Assembly (NCBI GenBank): GCA_964414145.1
Contig: CAYPVH010000002.1
Coordinates: 59,369 to 123,368 of the forward strand
Length of the DNA stretch: 64,000 nt
Origin: an uncultured Gammaproteobacteria bacterium
Lineage (GTDB): Bacteria; Patescibacteriota; Microgenomatia; UBA1406
Direction of reading: 5' to 3'
In this document: in pieces, positions 50,916-61,227 of the stretch
Position numbering within the stretch: position 1 is the first letter of the stretch
How the letters are laid out: each line of letters starts with the position of its first letter
Notes under the pieces: model-generated
What the model saw: the letters and a program-made list of their open reading frames with translations, nothing else
Told to the model about the DNA's origin: nothing
The model's database searches: none
Made by a program: the position numbers and the translations under genes

Positions 50916-52985
50916 ATGAGCTTGGAAGAAAATGACAAACAAAATTTGCTAAAATTGAACGACAAAATGAAATTTAATCTTAAAGCCAGTTTTAAGTTGA
51001 TGGGGGACCAGGGTAAGGCGGTCGATAAGCTGATATTGGCGATTAATGATGGAGTTAAACAACAAACACTTCTTGGTGTTACCGGGTCTGGTAAAACTTT
51101 CACCATTGCAAATGTAATCGAGCGTTTAAATATTCCCACGCTTGTAATTTCTCATAACAAAACTCTTGCCGGCCAGCTATATCAGGAATTCAGAGATTTT
51201 TTTCCGGAAAACGCTGTGTCTTATTTTGTTTCGTATTATGACTTTTATCAACCCGAAGCCTATGTTCCTTCTTCAAACACGTATATTGAAAAAGAAGCCC
51301 AAATAAACGAATTAATCGACAAATTACGACTTCAGTCAACAAGTAACATTTTGTCTCGGAAAGATACATTGGTAATTTCTTCGGTTTCTTGTATTTATAA
51401 CATTGGGCACCCGGAGAAATATAAAGAAAATACAGTAACGGTTAAATTAGGAATAAAAATTATCAGAAAAGAATTATTTAAAGAACTGGCTTTACTCCAG
51501 TATAGTCAAAGCCAATTTGATTTTAAACGATCTACTTTTCGTGACCGAGGTGAAAACATAGACATCTATTTGTCGTATGCCGACTTGGCATTAAGGATTA
51601 ACCTTTTTGCGAATAAAATTACAGGTTTATCTTTAATAGACCCTCTGACTGGAGAGGTAAAAAACAGTTTAAAAGAATTTACAATCTATGCTGCCAAGCA
51701 TTATGTTTTGGGTAAAGACAATATTGATCAAATATTTGCAAAAATAGAAGGGGATTTAAAAAGTGAAGTTGCTGCCTTTAAAAAAGAAAAGAAGTTAGTC
51801 GAAGCAGACAGACTACAAAAAAGAGTCACGCGTGATTTGGAAATGATTAAAGAGGTTGGATATGTTTCAGGTATTGAAAATTATTCGCGTTATTTTGACG
51901 GTCGTCAATTAGGAGAGGCGCCATATACATTAATTGACTATTTTAACTACAGTTACGGAAATAACTGGTTGTTGGTTGTTGACGAGTCACATATGACGAT
52001 TCCACAAATAAGAGGAATGTATCGAGGTGATCAAAGTCGCAAGGCTAATTTGGTAAATTATGGGTTTAGGTTAAAAGCCGCATTTGACAATAGACCACTC
52101 CAGTTTAATGAATACAGTGAAAAAGTTAAACAAACTATTTATGTGTCAGCAACACCAGCAGAGTGGGAAGTAAAGATTTCCGGTCAAGTGGTTGAGCAAT
52201 TAATTAGACCAACCGGAATTCCTGACCCAAAAATTTTTATTAGACCTGTCGAAAATCAGTTACCTGATTTAATAGCAGAAATAGAAAAAAGAGCCGCCAA
52301 AAAACAACGTGTTCTTGTTACAACGCTTACAAAAAGAATTGCAGAAGATTTAACTGTATATCTGAAAGAAAAGGGCATTAAGGCTAGTTATTTACACAGC
52401 GATATAAAAACCTTGGAAAGATCAGATATTCTTGATTCTTTAAGAAAGGGCAGTTTTTCTGTTTTAATTGGTATAAATTTATTAAGAGAGGGTTTAGATT
52501 TACCCGAAGTAACATTGGTAGCTATATTAGATGCTGATAAAGAAGGCTTCTTACGTAGTAAAACTGCATTAATCCAAACAATGGGTAGAGCTGCTAGAAA
52601 TGTTGAAGGAGAGGTGATAATCTATACAGATAAGATAACCAAATCAATACAAGGAGCAATTAAAGAAGTAAGCAGAAGAAGAGCCAGGCAAATAGAATAT
52701 AACAAAGCCAATAACATCGTTCCTAAAACGATAATCAAACCAATCAGAGAAAAGGTAATAATTTCGGATCAAGAAGATCTTAAAAACTATTTTTCCGTAA
52801 AAACACGTAATTACCGATCAGTTGAAATTGATGATATACTACCCTCTTCTTTAACAAAGTACGATAAAGCTAAAATTATAAAACAACTTAGACGCCAGAT
52901 GAAAAAAGAAGCAGAAAATTTGAATTTTGAATTTGCTGCAATTATTCGAGATAAAATTAAGCAGTTAGACAAAGATTCTATTTAA
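50916..52985 (+). CDS. uvrB: Excinuclease ABC subunit B
   Basis: FKLMGDQGKAVDKL, GVTGSGKTFT, DESH, and a C-terminal UVR motif (FEFAAIIRDKIKQL). ATG 50916 is preceded by AAGGTAAGG. The track GTG at 50904 is less likely. Confidence 0.95.
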   Translation: MSLEENDKQNLLKLNDKMKFNLKASFKLMGDQGKAVDKLILAINDGVKQQTLLGVTGSGKTFTIANVIERLNIPTLVISHNKTLAGQLYQEFRDFFPENAVSYFVSYYDFYQPEAYVPSSNTYIEKEAQINELIDKLRLQSTSNILSRKDTLVISSVSCIYNIGHPEKYKENTVTVKLGIKIIRKELFKELALLQYSQSQFDFKRSTFRDRGENIDIYLSYADLALRINLFANKITGLSLIDPLTGEVKNSLKEFTIYAAKHYVLGKDNIDQIFAKIEGDLKSEVAAFKKEKKLVEADRLQKRVTRDLEMIKEVGYVSGIENYSRYFDGRQLGEAPYTLIDYFNYSYGNNWLLVVDESHMTIPQIRGMYRGDQSRKANLVNYGFRLKAAFDNRPLQFNEYSEKVKQTIYVSATPAEWEVKISGQVVEQLIRPTGIPDPKIFIRPVENQLPDLIAEIEKRAAKKQRVLVTTLTKRIAEDLTVYLKEKGIKASYLHSDIKTLERSDILDSLRKGSFSVLIGINLLREGLDLPEVTLVAILDADKEGFLRSKTALIQTMGRAARNVEGEVIIYTDKITKSIQGAIKEVSRRRARQIEYNKANNIVPKTIIKPIREKVIISDQEDLKNYFSVKTRNYRSVEIDDILPSSLTKYDKAKIIKQLRRQMKKEAENLNFEFAAIIRDKIKQLDKDSI

Positions 52986-53024
52986 TAATTTAATATAATG
53001 ACTATACAAATAATCAGTTGAAAC

Positions 53025-53606
53025 ATGGATAGATTAAAAAATTGGTTTAAAAACCTACCAGACAAAAAAAAGTATCTTGAATTAATAACAGCTACCTTAA
53101 CAATTCCGGTATTACTAACAGTGGTATTTAATAATATTAGTGCAATTCGTGAAAAAAAAGAAAATAAAGAAACTGAACCAAAAAATAATTTTGAAAAAAC
53201 TTTACCGACACCAACAACTGAACCACTACCTTCACAAAAGCCGGAAGAATCATGTATTGATGAAATTGGTCCTGTGAAAATTAAATACCCACTTGAGAAC
53301 AGTACCGTTACACAAAACCCCCTAGATATAGACATTAGTTATGAAAAAGACAAGTATTGCACACTTCTTTGGTCTTACCGAATAAATTCAGGTAACTGGT
53401 CGGATTATACTGATAAATCAATCTCAATTTATAATTTAAATTCGGGTAATATACTACTTGAAGTAAAAGTAAAAAGCATTGTTTCCAATGACGAGATAAT
53501 TTTACAGCGAAATTTTGTTTATCAAAATAATCAGAATGTACCAACGCCAACAGCTATTATACCAACCCCAACAGAGTCGTCAAATTCAGCAGTGCTTAGC
53601 CAGTAA
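53025..53606 (+). CDS. Membrane-anchored protein with PT linkers and a beta-sandwich-like ectodomain, unknown function
   Basis: 193 aa with a TM (LELITATLTIPVLLTVVF), TLPTPTTEPLPSQKP and a C-terminal PTPTAIIPTPTES. Preferred over the antisense 117-aa ORF. Confidence 0.5.
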   Translation: MDRLKNWFKNLPDKKKYLELITATLTIPVLLTVVFNNISAIREKKENKETEPKNNFEKTLPTPTTEPLPSQKPEESCIDEIGPVKIKYPLENSTVTQNPLDIDISYEKDKYCTLLWSYRINSGNWSDYTDKSISIYNLNSGNILLEVKVKSIVSNDEIILQRNFVYQNNQNVPTPTAIIPTPTESSNSAVLSQ

Positions 53607-54195
53607 AAAACATTTCTTTCACTTTCGGCAATTTATTACGTTCTTTTAATTGGAGTAATTTTAAGGTTAGTTCTTTGTCTCTGAAATTATTACTAATAAC
53701 AATTTCAAAAAAATCTTCAAAATTCACCTTGAGAATCTCTATTTTCTCTCCGGAGTCAGGAGTGGTTGGCTGGACTACCGAACAATGTTTAGCAATAAAC
53801 CAGTAAACGCTCCATTCAATAACTCCGGTTGGTTGCTCACTGTACCAGAATTTTAATTTCTTAGATTTCATACCTGTTTCTTCTAATAATTCTCTTTTAG
53901 CAGTTTCCTCTATACGCTCATTGTCATCTACAACACCACCAACACAACTATAAAACGGCTTAGTTCCCGGTTGTGACTGTTTTGTTAAAATTATTTTGCT
54001 TTTGTCGACTATTGGCAGTAAACTCACTGAACTTCTTCTTTTGGCTTTTTCAAAAGTTGAATATGAACCATCAAATAATTGCTGTTCCCATTGATAAATA
54101 CTAAATCTTATACCGGAAAAAACACACTTGCCATTTTTTGGTATTGGTTGACTTGAAGTAGGCTCTTTGATTTTCACTAGTGAAAAGTATATCAA
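53596..54195 (-). CDS. NUDIX hydrolase
   Basis: The Nudix box is GGVVDDNERIEETAKRELLEETG (GX5EX7REUXEEXGU). Confidence 0.85.
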   Translation of the reverse strand: MIYFSLVKIKEPTSSQPIPKNGKCVFSGIRFSIYQWEQQLFDGSYSTFEKAKRRSSVSLLPIVDKSKIILTKQSQPGTKPFYSCVGGVVDDNERIEETAKRELLEETGMKSKKLKFWYSEQPTGVIEWSVYWFIAKHCSVVQPTTPDSGEKIEILKVNFEDFFEIVISNNFRDKELTLKLLQLKERNKLPKVKEMFFTG

Positions 54196-54234
54196 TAAAC
54201 CGGGATATTAAAGAATAAACAACAAGAAAGTTAG

Positions 54235-54240
54235 TATAAT
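54235..54240 (+). promoter_or_regulatory. Putative -10 box TATAAT 7 nt upstream of ATG 54248
   Basis: The sequence reads ttagTATAATacataatATG. Confidence 0.35.
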
Positions 54241-54247
54241 ACATAAT

Positions 54248-55027
54248 ATGAATACCAAAAAAATAATAGAAAAACTAAAGCAAGACTACCCATCAAAAAA
54301 AATAATTATTAATACCGAAGACAAGCCAGAAGAAATAATTTGTGAAATAGAACCTTCAATTGATCATCCAGACTATAGTACGGCAATTGCGGTTATTGAT
54401 AAGTCAGCACTTCATTTTCATAAAGAGACGGCAGTAATATATTACGTTCTAGAAGGTACGTTAAACCTGTTTATTGAAAACAACAAGCAAGTGTTAAAAA
54501 AAGATGAATATGCAATAATCCAGCCGGGTGAAAAACATTATTCCAAAGGTAATGAAACATGGGTTTTAGTTTATTCAGAACCGGGTTGGACAAAAGATGA
54601 CCACATATTTGAGGAAAAGGAAGAGGCAGAAATTGACTTCAGAGGTAGTCAACAAAAGATTTTAGTTAATAACTACAAAGAGTCTTTTAATTTTTATAGA
54701 AATACACTAGGTTTAATCGTTAGGTATGGAGATGAAAAAAGTAATTTTGCCGAATTTGAAGTTGGCGGTGACTCTTTTTCAATATATTCGTATAGTAGTT
54801 TTTCCAAGTTGCATAAATTGAAAGAACTAAAAGATACAGACAAACCTAATCAAAAAAGTTTACTAACTCTTACCGTTGCAGATATTAATGCTGCATATAA
54901 GAGCTTGATGAGCAAAAAAGTAAAAGCGATAACTGAGCCAATCAAGAATGATCAACTGGGGTTGAAGGTTTTCTATATTTATGATCCCGAAAATAATTTA
55001 ATCGAGCTAAATCAGATATTAGACTAA
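54248..55027 (+). CDS. Cupin-domain + glyoxalase/VOC-domain fusion protein
   Basis: The N-terminal half has HFHKETAVIYYVLEGTLNL...IIQPGEKH (cupin motifs). The C-terminal half has FYRNTLGL...FEVGG...LKVFYIYDPENNLIEL (VOC-like). Confidence 0.55.
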   Translation: MNTKKIIEKLKQDYPSKKIIINTEDKPEEIICEIEPSIDHPDYSTAIAVIDKSALHFHKETAVIYYVLEGTLNLFIENNKQVLKKDEYAIIQPGEKHYSKGNETWVLVYSEPGWTKDDHIFEEKEEAEIDFRGSQQKILVNNYKESFNFYRNTLGLIVRYGDEKSNFAEFEVGGDSFSIYSYSSFSKLHKLKELKDTDKPNQKSLLTLTVADINAAYKSLMSKKVKAITEPIKNDQLGLKVFYIYDPENNLIELNQILD

Positions 55028-55087
55028 TATTATTTTCATATTTACCTAAGATTTTGTTAGCCGTATTTTGATATAATTTTCCTTTCT

Positions 55088-58009
55088 ATGGATACAATAA
55101 ATATTAAGGGGGCAAAGGTTCATAATCTAAATAATATCTCTCTCAGTTTTCCTAAAAATAAATTGGTTGTTTTTACTGGAGTTTCGGGTTCAGGTAAAAG
55201 TTCACTGGCCTTTGACACAATTTACGCTGAAGGACAAAGAAGGTATGTTGAGTCTCTTTCCTCATATGCCAGGCAATTTTTGGGAATAATGGAGAAACCA
55301 GATGTAGAAATAATCGAAGGCTTATCTCCGGCTATTTCCATTGATCAAAAAACATCATCTCATAATCCCAGATCAACCGTGGGTACCGTAACCGAAATCT
55401 ATGATTATTTAAGATTACTTTATGCCAGGGTCGGTCATCCTCATTGTCCGGATTGTGGTAGAGAAGTAAAAAAAATGTCACCTCAAGAGATAGCCGACAG
55501 AATTATTAGTCATGTCAATGAACTCCTTGATAAAAATAAAAATGAACCGGTTCGCTTTATGATCTTGTCGCCACTTGTTAAGCAAAGAAAGGGAGAATTT
55601 AAGGACCTGTTTGATAATCTAAGATTTAAAGGTTACACAAGGGTTAGAATTGATGGCTATTTTTATAATTTGAATGAGGATCTATATTTATTAAAAAACA
55701 ATAAACACGATATTGATCTTGTGGTTGACAGGTTTAGTATTAACCATAAATACTTAAAGGAAGAACTGAATAAGAAGGAATTTAATACAAGAATATATAA
55801 GTCTGTAGAACAATCTACAACGCTTTCCGACGGACTGGTGGTTTTTTTGCTTGTAAAAGATTCAAATTTTAATATTAGTGACAGTCCAACAAAAACTACC
55901 GAAGAGCTATATTCCGAAAATTTTTCTTGCCCGTTTTGTCACGTATCTTTTACCGAAATTGAACCAAGGTTGTTTTCTTTTAATTCGCCCGTTGGCGCCT
56001 GTAATAAATGTAAAGGGCTTGGGGTTGTTATGGCTGTTGACCAACAGAAAGTAATGAATCAATCCCTATCAATTGCGGAAGGTGCACTATTTCCTTTCCA
56101 GAAGATTTTCTTTCTAGACACCTGGTTTGCTAGGCTGTTTAGAGTTTTTTTGAAGAAAAACCAAATAGACGAAAATACTCCTCTAGTTAATTTAAGCAAA
56201 GACCAAGTCAATAAGCTGCTTTATGGCACAAATGAGGTTTACAGTGTTAGGGGAAAGAACAGAGATAATGAGCTAACAACAATATACGAAAAGTGGCACG
56301 GTTTAGTAAGCGAGGTAGAGAAAAAATATTATGAAAGTAATTCTGATTACTCCAGAGGTGATTTGCAAAAATATATGAACGAGGAAACTTGCCCTGAATG
56401 TTCGGGTGATAAATTGAATTCAAAAGCTCTGGGTGTTGTTATTAGCGGTCTTAATATTGCCAACTTTACCAAGAAATCTATAAAAGAGGAAATTATCTTT
56501 ATTAAGGATCTACCCAAAAGCTTAACAGATAGGGAAAACGAAATTGCTCGTACAATTTTGAAAGAAATTAGCACTAGATTGGAGTTCTTGGATAAGGTTG
56601 GTTTGGGTTATTTGTCACTTGAAAGGCGGGCTAATACTCTTTCTGGTGGAGAAGCACAAAGAATCAGACTCGCGTCTCAAATCGGTACCGGATTAACGGG
56701 TATTACATATGTATTGGATGAACCATCTATTGGCTTACATTCTAAAGATGTTAATCGACTTATATCGGCGCTTGATAGAATGAGGGATTTGCAAAATACA
56801 GTTATTGTTGTAGAGCATGACTACGAAACTATAAGATCGGCAGATTGGTTGGTTGACTTTGGTAAATATGCCGGAAAAAACGGTGGCAACATAATTTATA
56901 ACGGTGAATATAGAGGAATATTGAACTGTAAGGAATCACTTACGGGTGCATTTTTAAAGAAAAATAAAAAAGTTATTACAAAAAGAAACAACGAACTTCC
57001 TGCTAACTATATTGAATTTAACAATTGTAACAAACATAATTTAAAGAATATTAATGTAAAAATTCCTTATAATCGAATATCAGCAATTACAGGAGTTTCG
57101 GGGAGTGGTAAGTCAACGTTACTTCTTGAAACTATTTATCCATCCCTAAAGGCGTTAACAGAAAACAAAGTAGGGTATTACAAAAAACAGTCGCAGAATG
57201 TTGCCGGTGGAGCAATGATTCAACGAACAGTTCTAATAGATCAGTCACCAATTGGCAGAACACCACGTTCAAATCCGGCCACGTATACTGGTGTTTTTAC
57301 AGACATTCGTGATGTTTACGCTTCAACGGTAGACGCCAAAGCACAGGGTTTTAATGCCGGAAGATTTTCGTTTAATGTAAAAGGGGGAAGATGCGAAAAT
57401 TGTAAAGGTGCGGGGGTTATTAAAGTAGAGATGCAATTTTTAGCTGATGTTTATGTTAAGTGTGATGTATGTGTTGGGAAAAGATATAACTTGGAAACAT
57501 TGAGTATAAAATATAAAAACAAAACTATTAATGAGGTTCTTGATATGACCGTTGACGAAGCGGCTGAATTTTTTGTAAATCATTGGAAAATAACTCGTAC
57601 CCTGAGAATTTTACAAAGCGTTGGTTTGGGTTATATTGAGCTCGGCCAGTCGGCCCCAACGCTTTCGGGTGGTGAAGCACAGCGGGTAAAGTTAGCCAAA
57701 GAACTTTATACCAACATTAATTCACACACTATTTATTTACTTGACGAACCCACAACAGGATTACATATGTACGACGTAAATAAACTTGTTAAGGTATTGC
57801 GAAATTTGGTTGAGCAGGGGAATACTGTTGTTGTTATTGAACACAACCTCGATATTATTAAAAATTCGGACTACATAATAGATCTTGGAAAAGAAGGAGG
57901 CGAAAAAGGGGGAGAAGTAATTTATCAGGGTAATATTGAGGGGTTATTAAATGAAACAGATTCAGATACTGCGCATTATTTAAAGGAATATCTCGATGAA
58001 GGTTACTAA
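55088..58009 (+). CDS. uvrA: Excinuclease ABC subunit A
   Basis: Two ABC modules (GVSGSGKSSLAFDT; GVSGSGKSTLL), LSGGEAQR twice, and zinc modules (CPDCG..., CENCKGAG). Confidence 0.96.
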   Translation: MDTINIKGAKVHNLNNISLSFPKNKLVVFTGVSGSGKSSLAFDTIYAEGQRRYVESLSSYARQFLGIMEKPDVEIIEGLSPAISIDQKTSSHNPRSTVGTVTEIYDYLRLLYARVGHPHCPDCGREVKKMSPQEIADRIISHVNELLDKNKNEPVRFMILSPLVKQRKGEFKDLFDNLRFKGYTRVRIDGYFYNLNEDLYLLKNNKHDIDLVVDRFSINHKYLKEELNKKEFNTRIYKSVEQSTTLSDGLVVFLLVKDSNFNISDSPTKTTEELYSENFSCPFCHVSFTEIEPRLFSFNSPVGACNKCKGLGVVMAVDQQKVMNQSLSIAEGALFPFQKIFFLDTWFARLFRVFLKKNQIDENTPLVNLSKDQVNKLLYGTNEVYSVRGKNRDNELTTIYEKWHGLVSEVEKKYYESNSDYSRGDLQKYMNEETCPECSGDKLNSKALGVVISGLNIANFTKKSIKEEIIFIKDLPKSLTDRENEIARTILKEISTRLEFLDKVGLGYLSLERRANTLSGGEAQRIRLASQIGTGLTGITYVLDEPSIGLHSKDVNRLISALDRMRDLQNTVIVVEHDYETIRSADWLVDFGKYAGKNGGNIIYNGEYRGILNCKESLTGAFLKKNKKVITKRNNELPANYIEFNNCNKHNLKNINVKIPYNRISAITGVSGSGKSTLLLETIYPSLKALTENKVGYYKKQSQNVAGGAMIQRTVLIDQSPIGRTPRSNPATYTGVFTDIRDVYASTVDAKAQGFNAGRFSFNVKGGRCENCKGAGVIKVEMQFLADVYVKCDVCVGKRYNLETLSIKYKNKTINEVLDMTVDEAAEFFVNHWKITRTLRILQSVGLGYIELGQSAPTLSGGEAQRVKLAKELYTNINSHTIYLLDEPTTGLHMYDVNKLVKVLRNLVEQGNTVVVIEHNLDIIKNSDYIIDLGKEGGEKGGEVIYQGNIEGLLNETDSDTAHYLKEYLDEGY

Positions 58010-59864
58010 GCTTGTCTGTTTTTTTGTTTCGTTACTGTTTTTTTTAGTTATTCCGAGAGTGGTTATTGCAGAAAATGTTGAGATTAATTCGAACGAGATA
58101 GTTGAGAGCCGTTATTATGACGTTTATACCCTTGATGAATCTAAGGATGTTAATATTGAGCGAATAATCGAAATGAAGAATACAACGGCTAGGCTTTATG
58201 TAAGTCAGTATTCAATAATGTTTCAGAATATTGATCAGATTAAAGAATTAGAAATCTATGAAGATAATAACTTAGCGGATTATTCTAAAACAAAGAATCA
58301 AGATAAATTAATAATTCAAATTAAGCTGAGTCAACCGGCTATTGGTAATAATACTGTTAAAAAAATCAGAATTAAGTACAGAATTGAAAATTTCATTAAT
58401 CAGTCGGGTGACTTTCGTGAACTAATGATACCCGTAAGTAAAAGTTCAAATTCAGAAAAGCTAATTAGCTATGAGGCGATTGTGAAAACACCCACTAACT
58501 ATCCACCACTTGGCATATCAAAACCACCGGTTACACAAGTTAGTGAAGGTGTATATAGTTGGGGAGATTTGTCTGGGCTGCAAAATCAATCACTTTATAT
58601 ATCTTTTTCCGAAGTAGCAAAGTACAAGGTAAAGTTAAAATACTCGCTTAAAAATGATGCGCCGTACTCTAGGCGCTTGATGATACCGTTTGTTCCCGAT
58701 GGTGCTTACCAGAAGCCTTATATTTCCAGTATAAGACCACAGCCCGAGCAAACTAAAATTGATGAAGATGGTAATTATCTTGGAATATATAAGGTACCAC
58801 CAAATACTGTGATGGAAGTAAATTACGAAGGAATAGTTGAACTTTACAGTAAAGTAAGACCAGAACTTCAACAGTATTTTAGTAATTTACTTAAACCGAG
58901 ATTAAAATCCAGATATTTAACACAGGAAAAATTTTGGCAGTTTTCAACTGCTTCCTTGGAAAAACTGGATAAAGAAAACTTGGACACAGCGAGAGATATA
59001 TATCAGTACGTAGTCAAGACACTTGAATACGATACAGGGAGAATAAATGTTGATTTAAAGCGGATGGGGGCAGAGTGGATTATTAATAATCCGAAAAATG
59101 GGGTTTGTATGGAATTTACAGACCTTTTTATTGCAATTGCTAGAGAAAGGGGTATTGCTGCCCGGGAAGTTGTAGGGTATGCTGTTAATAATAATAGCGA
59201 CTTAACCCCGGCTTCTTTTTTAGGTGATGTTTTGCATTCATGGCCGGAATACCTGGAAGTAACACAAGAGGTGTGGAAGCCTATTGATCCAACCTGGGGA
59301 AATACTACTGGTTTGGATTATTTCAACAATCTTGATTTGGCTCATATTGCCTTTGTTTATCATGGTAGAGACACAACTTATCCGTTGCCTCCGGGTGTTT
59401 ACAAAGAAAAGCCTAAAACAAAAGATGTATTTGTTGAAGCCTCAGAAGATTTACCTATCGAGAATACTAAAATAAGTGCATATATCGCAGAAGATTTTAA
59501 CTGGATTAGTGGGCAAAAAAATTATTTAACACTAAATCTTGATTCAAACAGCAATGTATTTTTATACGATCTGCATTTAGTGGTTTCAGACCAAGAAACT
59601 CAAAAGGTAATGGGTAAAGCTAAGCTTGAAGTTTTAGCACCATTTGAGAAAAAAGAACTAACTCTTAAAATGAATTTACCAAAGGTTAATTTAGAAAACA
59701 AAGGAATATTAAGTTTAAATGTAAATAACGGCAAGTCACTAATTTTAAAAAGTAACTATACTTTAAGGTCTCCTTTTTGGCATTACTACTCCCTTTATAA
59801 AGGAGTTATTATAGGAATTATAGTTGGCTTAATCATTCTAGTAGTAATTAAGCTTAAAAAATGA
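57996..59864 (+). CDS. Transglutaminase-like (Cys-His-Asp core) protein with an N-terminal signal and C-terminal TM
   Basis: GVCMEFTDLFIAIARERGIAAREVVGY...HSWPE...DPTWG has the transglutaminase-core Cys/His/Asp spacing. The signal is LVCFFVSLLFFLVIPRVVIA. The C-terminal TM is VIIGIIVGLIILVVI. It overlaps the uvrA stop by 14 nt and the uvrC start by 4 nt. Confidence 0.65.
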   Translation: MKVTKLVCFFVSLLFFLVIPRVVIAENVEINSNEIVESRYYDVYTLDESKDVNIERIIEMKNTTARLYVSQYSIMFQNIDQIKELEIYEDNNLADYSKTKNQDKLIIQIKLSQPAIGNNTVKKIRIKYRIENFINQSGDFRELMIPVSKSSNSEKLISYEAIVKTPTNYPPLGISKPPVTQVSEGVYSWGDLSGLQNQSLYISFSEVAKYKVKLKYSLKNDAPYSRRLMIPFVPDGAYQKPYISSIRPQPEQTKIDEDGNYLGIYKVPPNTVMEVNYEGIVELYSKVRPELQQYFSNLLKPRLKSRYLTQEKFWQFSTASLEKLDKENLDTARDIYQYVVKTLEYDTGRINVDLKRMGAEWIINNPKNGVCMEFTDLFIAIARERGIAAREVVGYAVNNNSDLTPASFLGDVLHSWPEYLEVTQEVWKPIDPTWGNTTGLDYFNNLDLAHIAFVYHGRDTTYPLPPGVYKEKPKTKDVFVEASEDLPIENTKISAYIAEDFNWISGQKNYLTLNLDSNSNVFLYDLHLVVSDQETQKVMGKAKLEVLAPFEKKELTLKMNLPKVNLENKGILSLNVNNGKSLILKSNYTLRSPFWHYYSLYKGVIIGIIVGLIILVVIKLKK

Positions 59865-61171
59865 AACTGAGTATTAGTACGGTAGGTTTTATGGATAAAA
59901 TCCCTAAAATAACCGGTGTTTATTATTTTCTAGACAAGCAAGATAAACCCATATATATTGGCAAGGCATTGAATATAAAATTAAGAATTGGGCAGCACTT
60001 TTACAACGCCAAAAATGAAGCCAAAGAAAAGGCTATTATTGATAGTTCACTTTATCTGAAATTTTCAGAAGTGAACTCGGAATTTGAAGCGCTTATTCTT
60101 GAAGCAAATTTGGTAAATAAATATCAGCCAAAATATAACGCTTCGCTAAAGGATGATAAAAGTCCAATCTACATTGTTATAACAAAAGAGAAGTATGGCA
60201 AGCTGTATTTAAAAAGAAAAAGAGATTTAACTGGTAATCGGTATAGTTATATTTTTGGCCCGCTTAACACTACAAGAGAAGCGAGAATAATACTAAGGAA
60301 AATCAGAAGAATCATTCCCTTTTGTACTGACAAGCGCTTGGGAAAAAAACCGTGCTTTTATAGTCAGATGCAGTTATGCAATCCGTGCCCAAACTATATT
60401 GAAAATTTAGCGGTTGTTAGCTTGAAAAAAGAACTGCAAAACAAATATCAAAGAAACATAGGCGACATAAAGAAACTTTTGTCGGGGTCGGGAGAAAGAA
60501 TACTTAAAAAATTAAGAATTGATATGAAAACACTCGCGAATAATAATGAATTTGAAAGGGCTGCCGAAACAAGAAACAGAATTTATTATTTAGAACGACT
60601 ATTTCAAGATTCTTTAATATTGGATGACAGATTAGAAGAGGCAAATTTTATTGCTGACCTAAGACAAAAAGAAAACTTATGTTTACAAGAGTTGTTTAAT
60701 TTTAAGGTTTTGAAAAGAGTGGAATGTTTTGATATAAGCAACACGAGCGGAAAGAACGCGACAGCTTCTATGGTAGTTTTTAAAGAAGGAGTACCGGTAA
60801 CAGATGAGTATAGAAGGTTTCGGATAAATACAAAAAGCAAGTCTGACCCGGAAATGCTTAGTGAAGCAATTAAAAGAAGATTAGCTCATTTTGATTGGGA
60901 AAGGCCGGATTTAATTGTTGTTGACGGGGGCAAGCCTCAGTTATTGGCAATTAAGACAGCGTTAAAGGGTTTAGGTGATAGAGTTCCAAAAATTATAGGT
61001 TTGGCAAAAAAACCCGATAGGGTAGTGTTAGTGGAAGGAGTTAAAACAGTTAAGCTTGCTTATAATTCTTTGGCGCTACATTATTTACAACGGTTGCGAG
61101 ACGAGGCGCACCGGTTTGCAAAAAAATACCATTTGCTTTTAAGAAAAAAGAGCTTTTTTAAAAATAACTGA
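59861..61171 (+). CDS. uvrC: Excinuclease ABC subunit C, short form lacking the C-terminal (HhH)2 domain
   Basis: GIY-YIG (GVYYFLDKQDKPIYIGKA), UVR domain (FERAAETRNRIYYLE), and the endonuclease region (ECFDISNTSG...PDLIVVDGGKPQL...IGLAK...LQRLRDEAHRFA). It ends at 436 aa. Confidence 0.85.
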   Translation: MKLSISTVGFMDKIPKITGVYYFLDKQDKPIYIGKALNIKLRIGQHFYNAKNEAKEKAIIDSSLYLKFSEVNSEFEALILEANLVNKYQPKYNASLKDDKSPIYIVITKEKYGKLYLKRKRDLTGNRYSYIFGPLNTTREARIILRKIRRIIPFCTDKRLGKKPCFYSQMQLCNPCPNYIENLAVVSLKKELQNKYQRNIGDIKKLLSGSGERILKKLRIDMKTLANNNEFERAAETRNRIYYLERLFQDSLILDDRLEEANFIADLRQKENLCLQELFNFKVLKRVECFDISNTSGKNATASMVVFKEGVPVTDEYRRFRINTKSKSDPEMLSEAIKRRLAHFDWERPDLIVVDGGKPQLLAIKTALKGLGDRVPKIIGLAKKPDRVVLVEGVKTVKLAYNSLALHYLQRLRDEAHRFAKKYHLLLRKKSFFKNN

Positions 61172-61213
61172 TTTCTTTATAATATGATTGTTTAAAGTTA
61201 TTCTGTAGTAATT

Positions 61214-61219
61214 TATAAT
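61214..61219 (+). promoter_or_regulatory. Putative -10 box TATAAT 8 nt upstream of ATG 61228
   Basis: The sequence reads aattTATAATatataaatATG. Confidence 0.3.
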
Positions 61220-61227
61220 ATATAAAT

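Noticed and set aside
50855-53335. Minus-strand ORFs 50855..51139 (94 aa) and 52982..53335 (117 aa) flanking uvrB
   Set aside because: The first overlaps the uvrB 5' end. The second is antisense to the more protein-like TM + PT-linker ORF 53025..53606. Neither has a recognisable motif.
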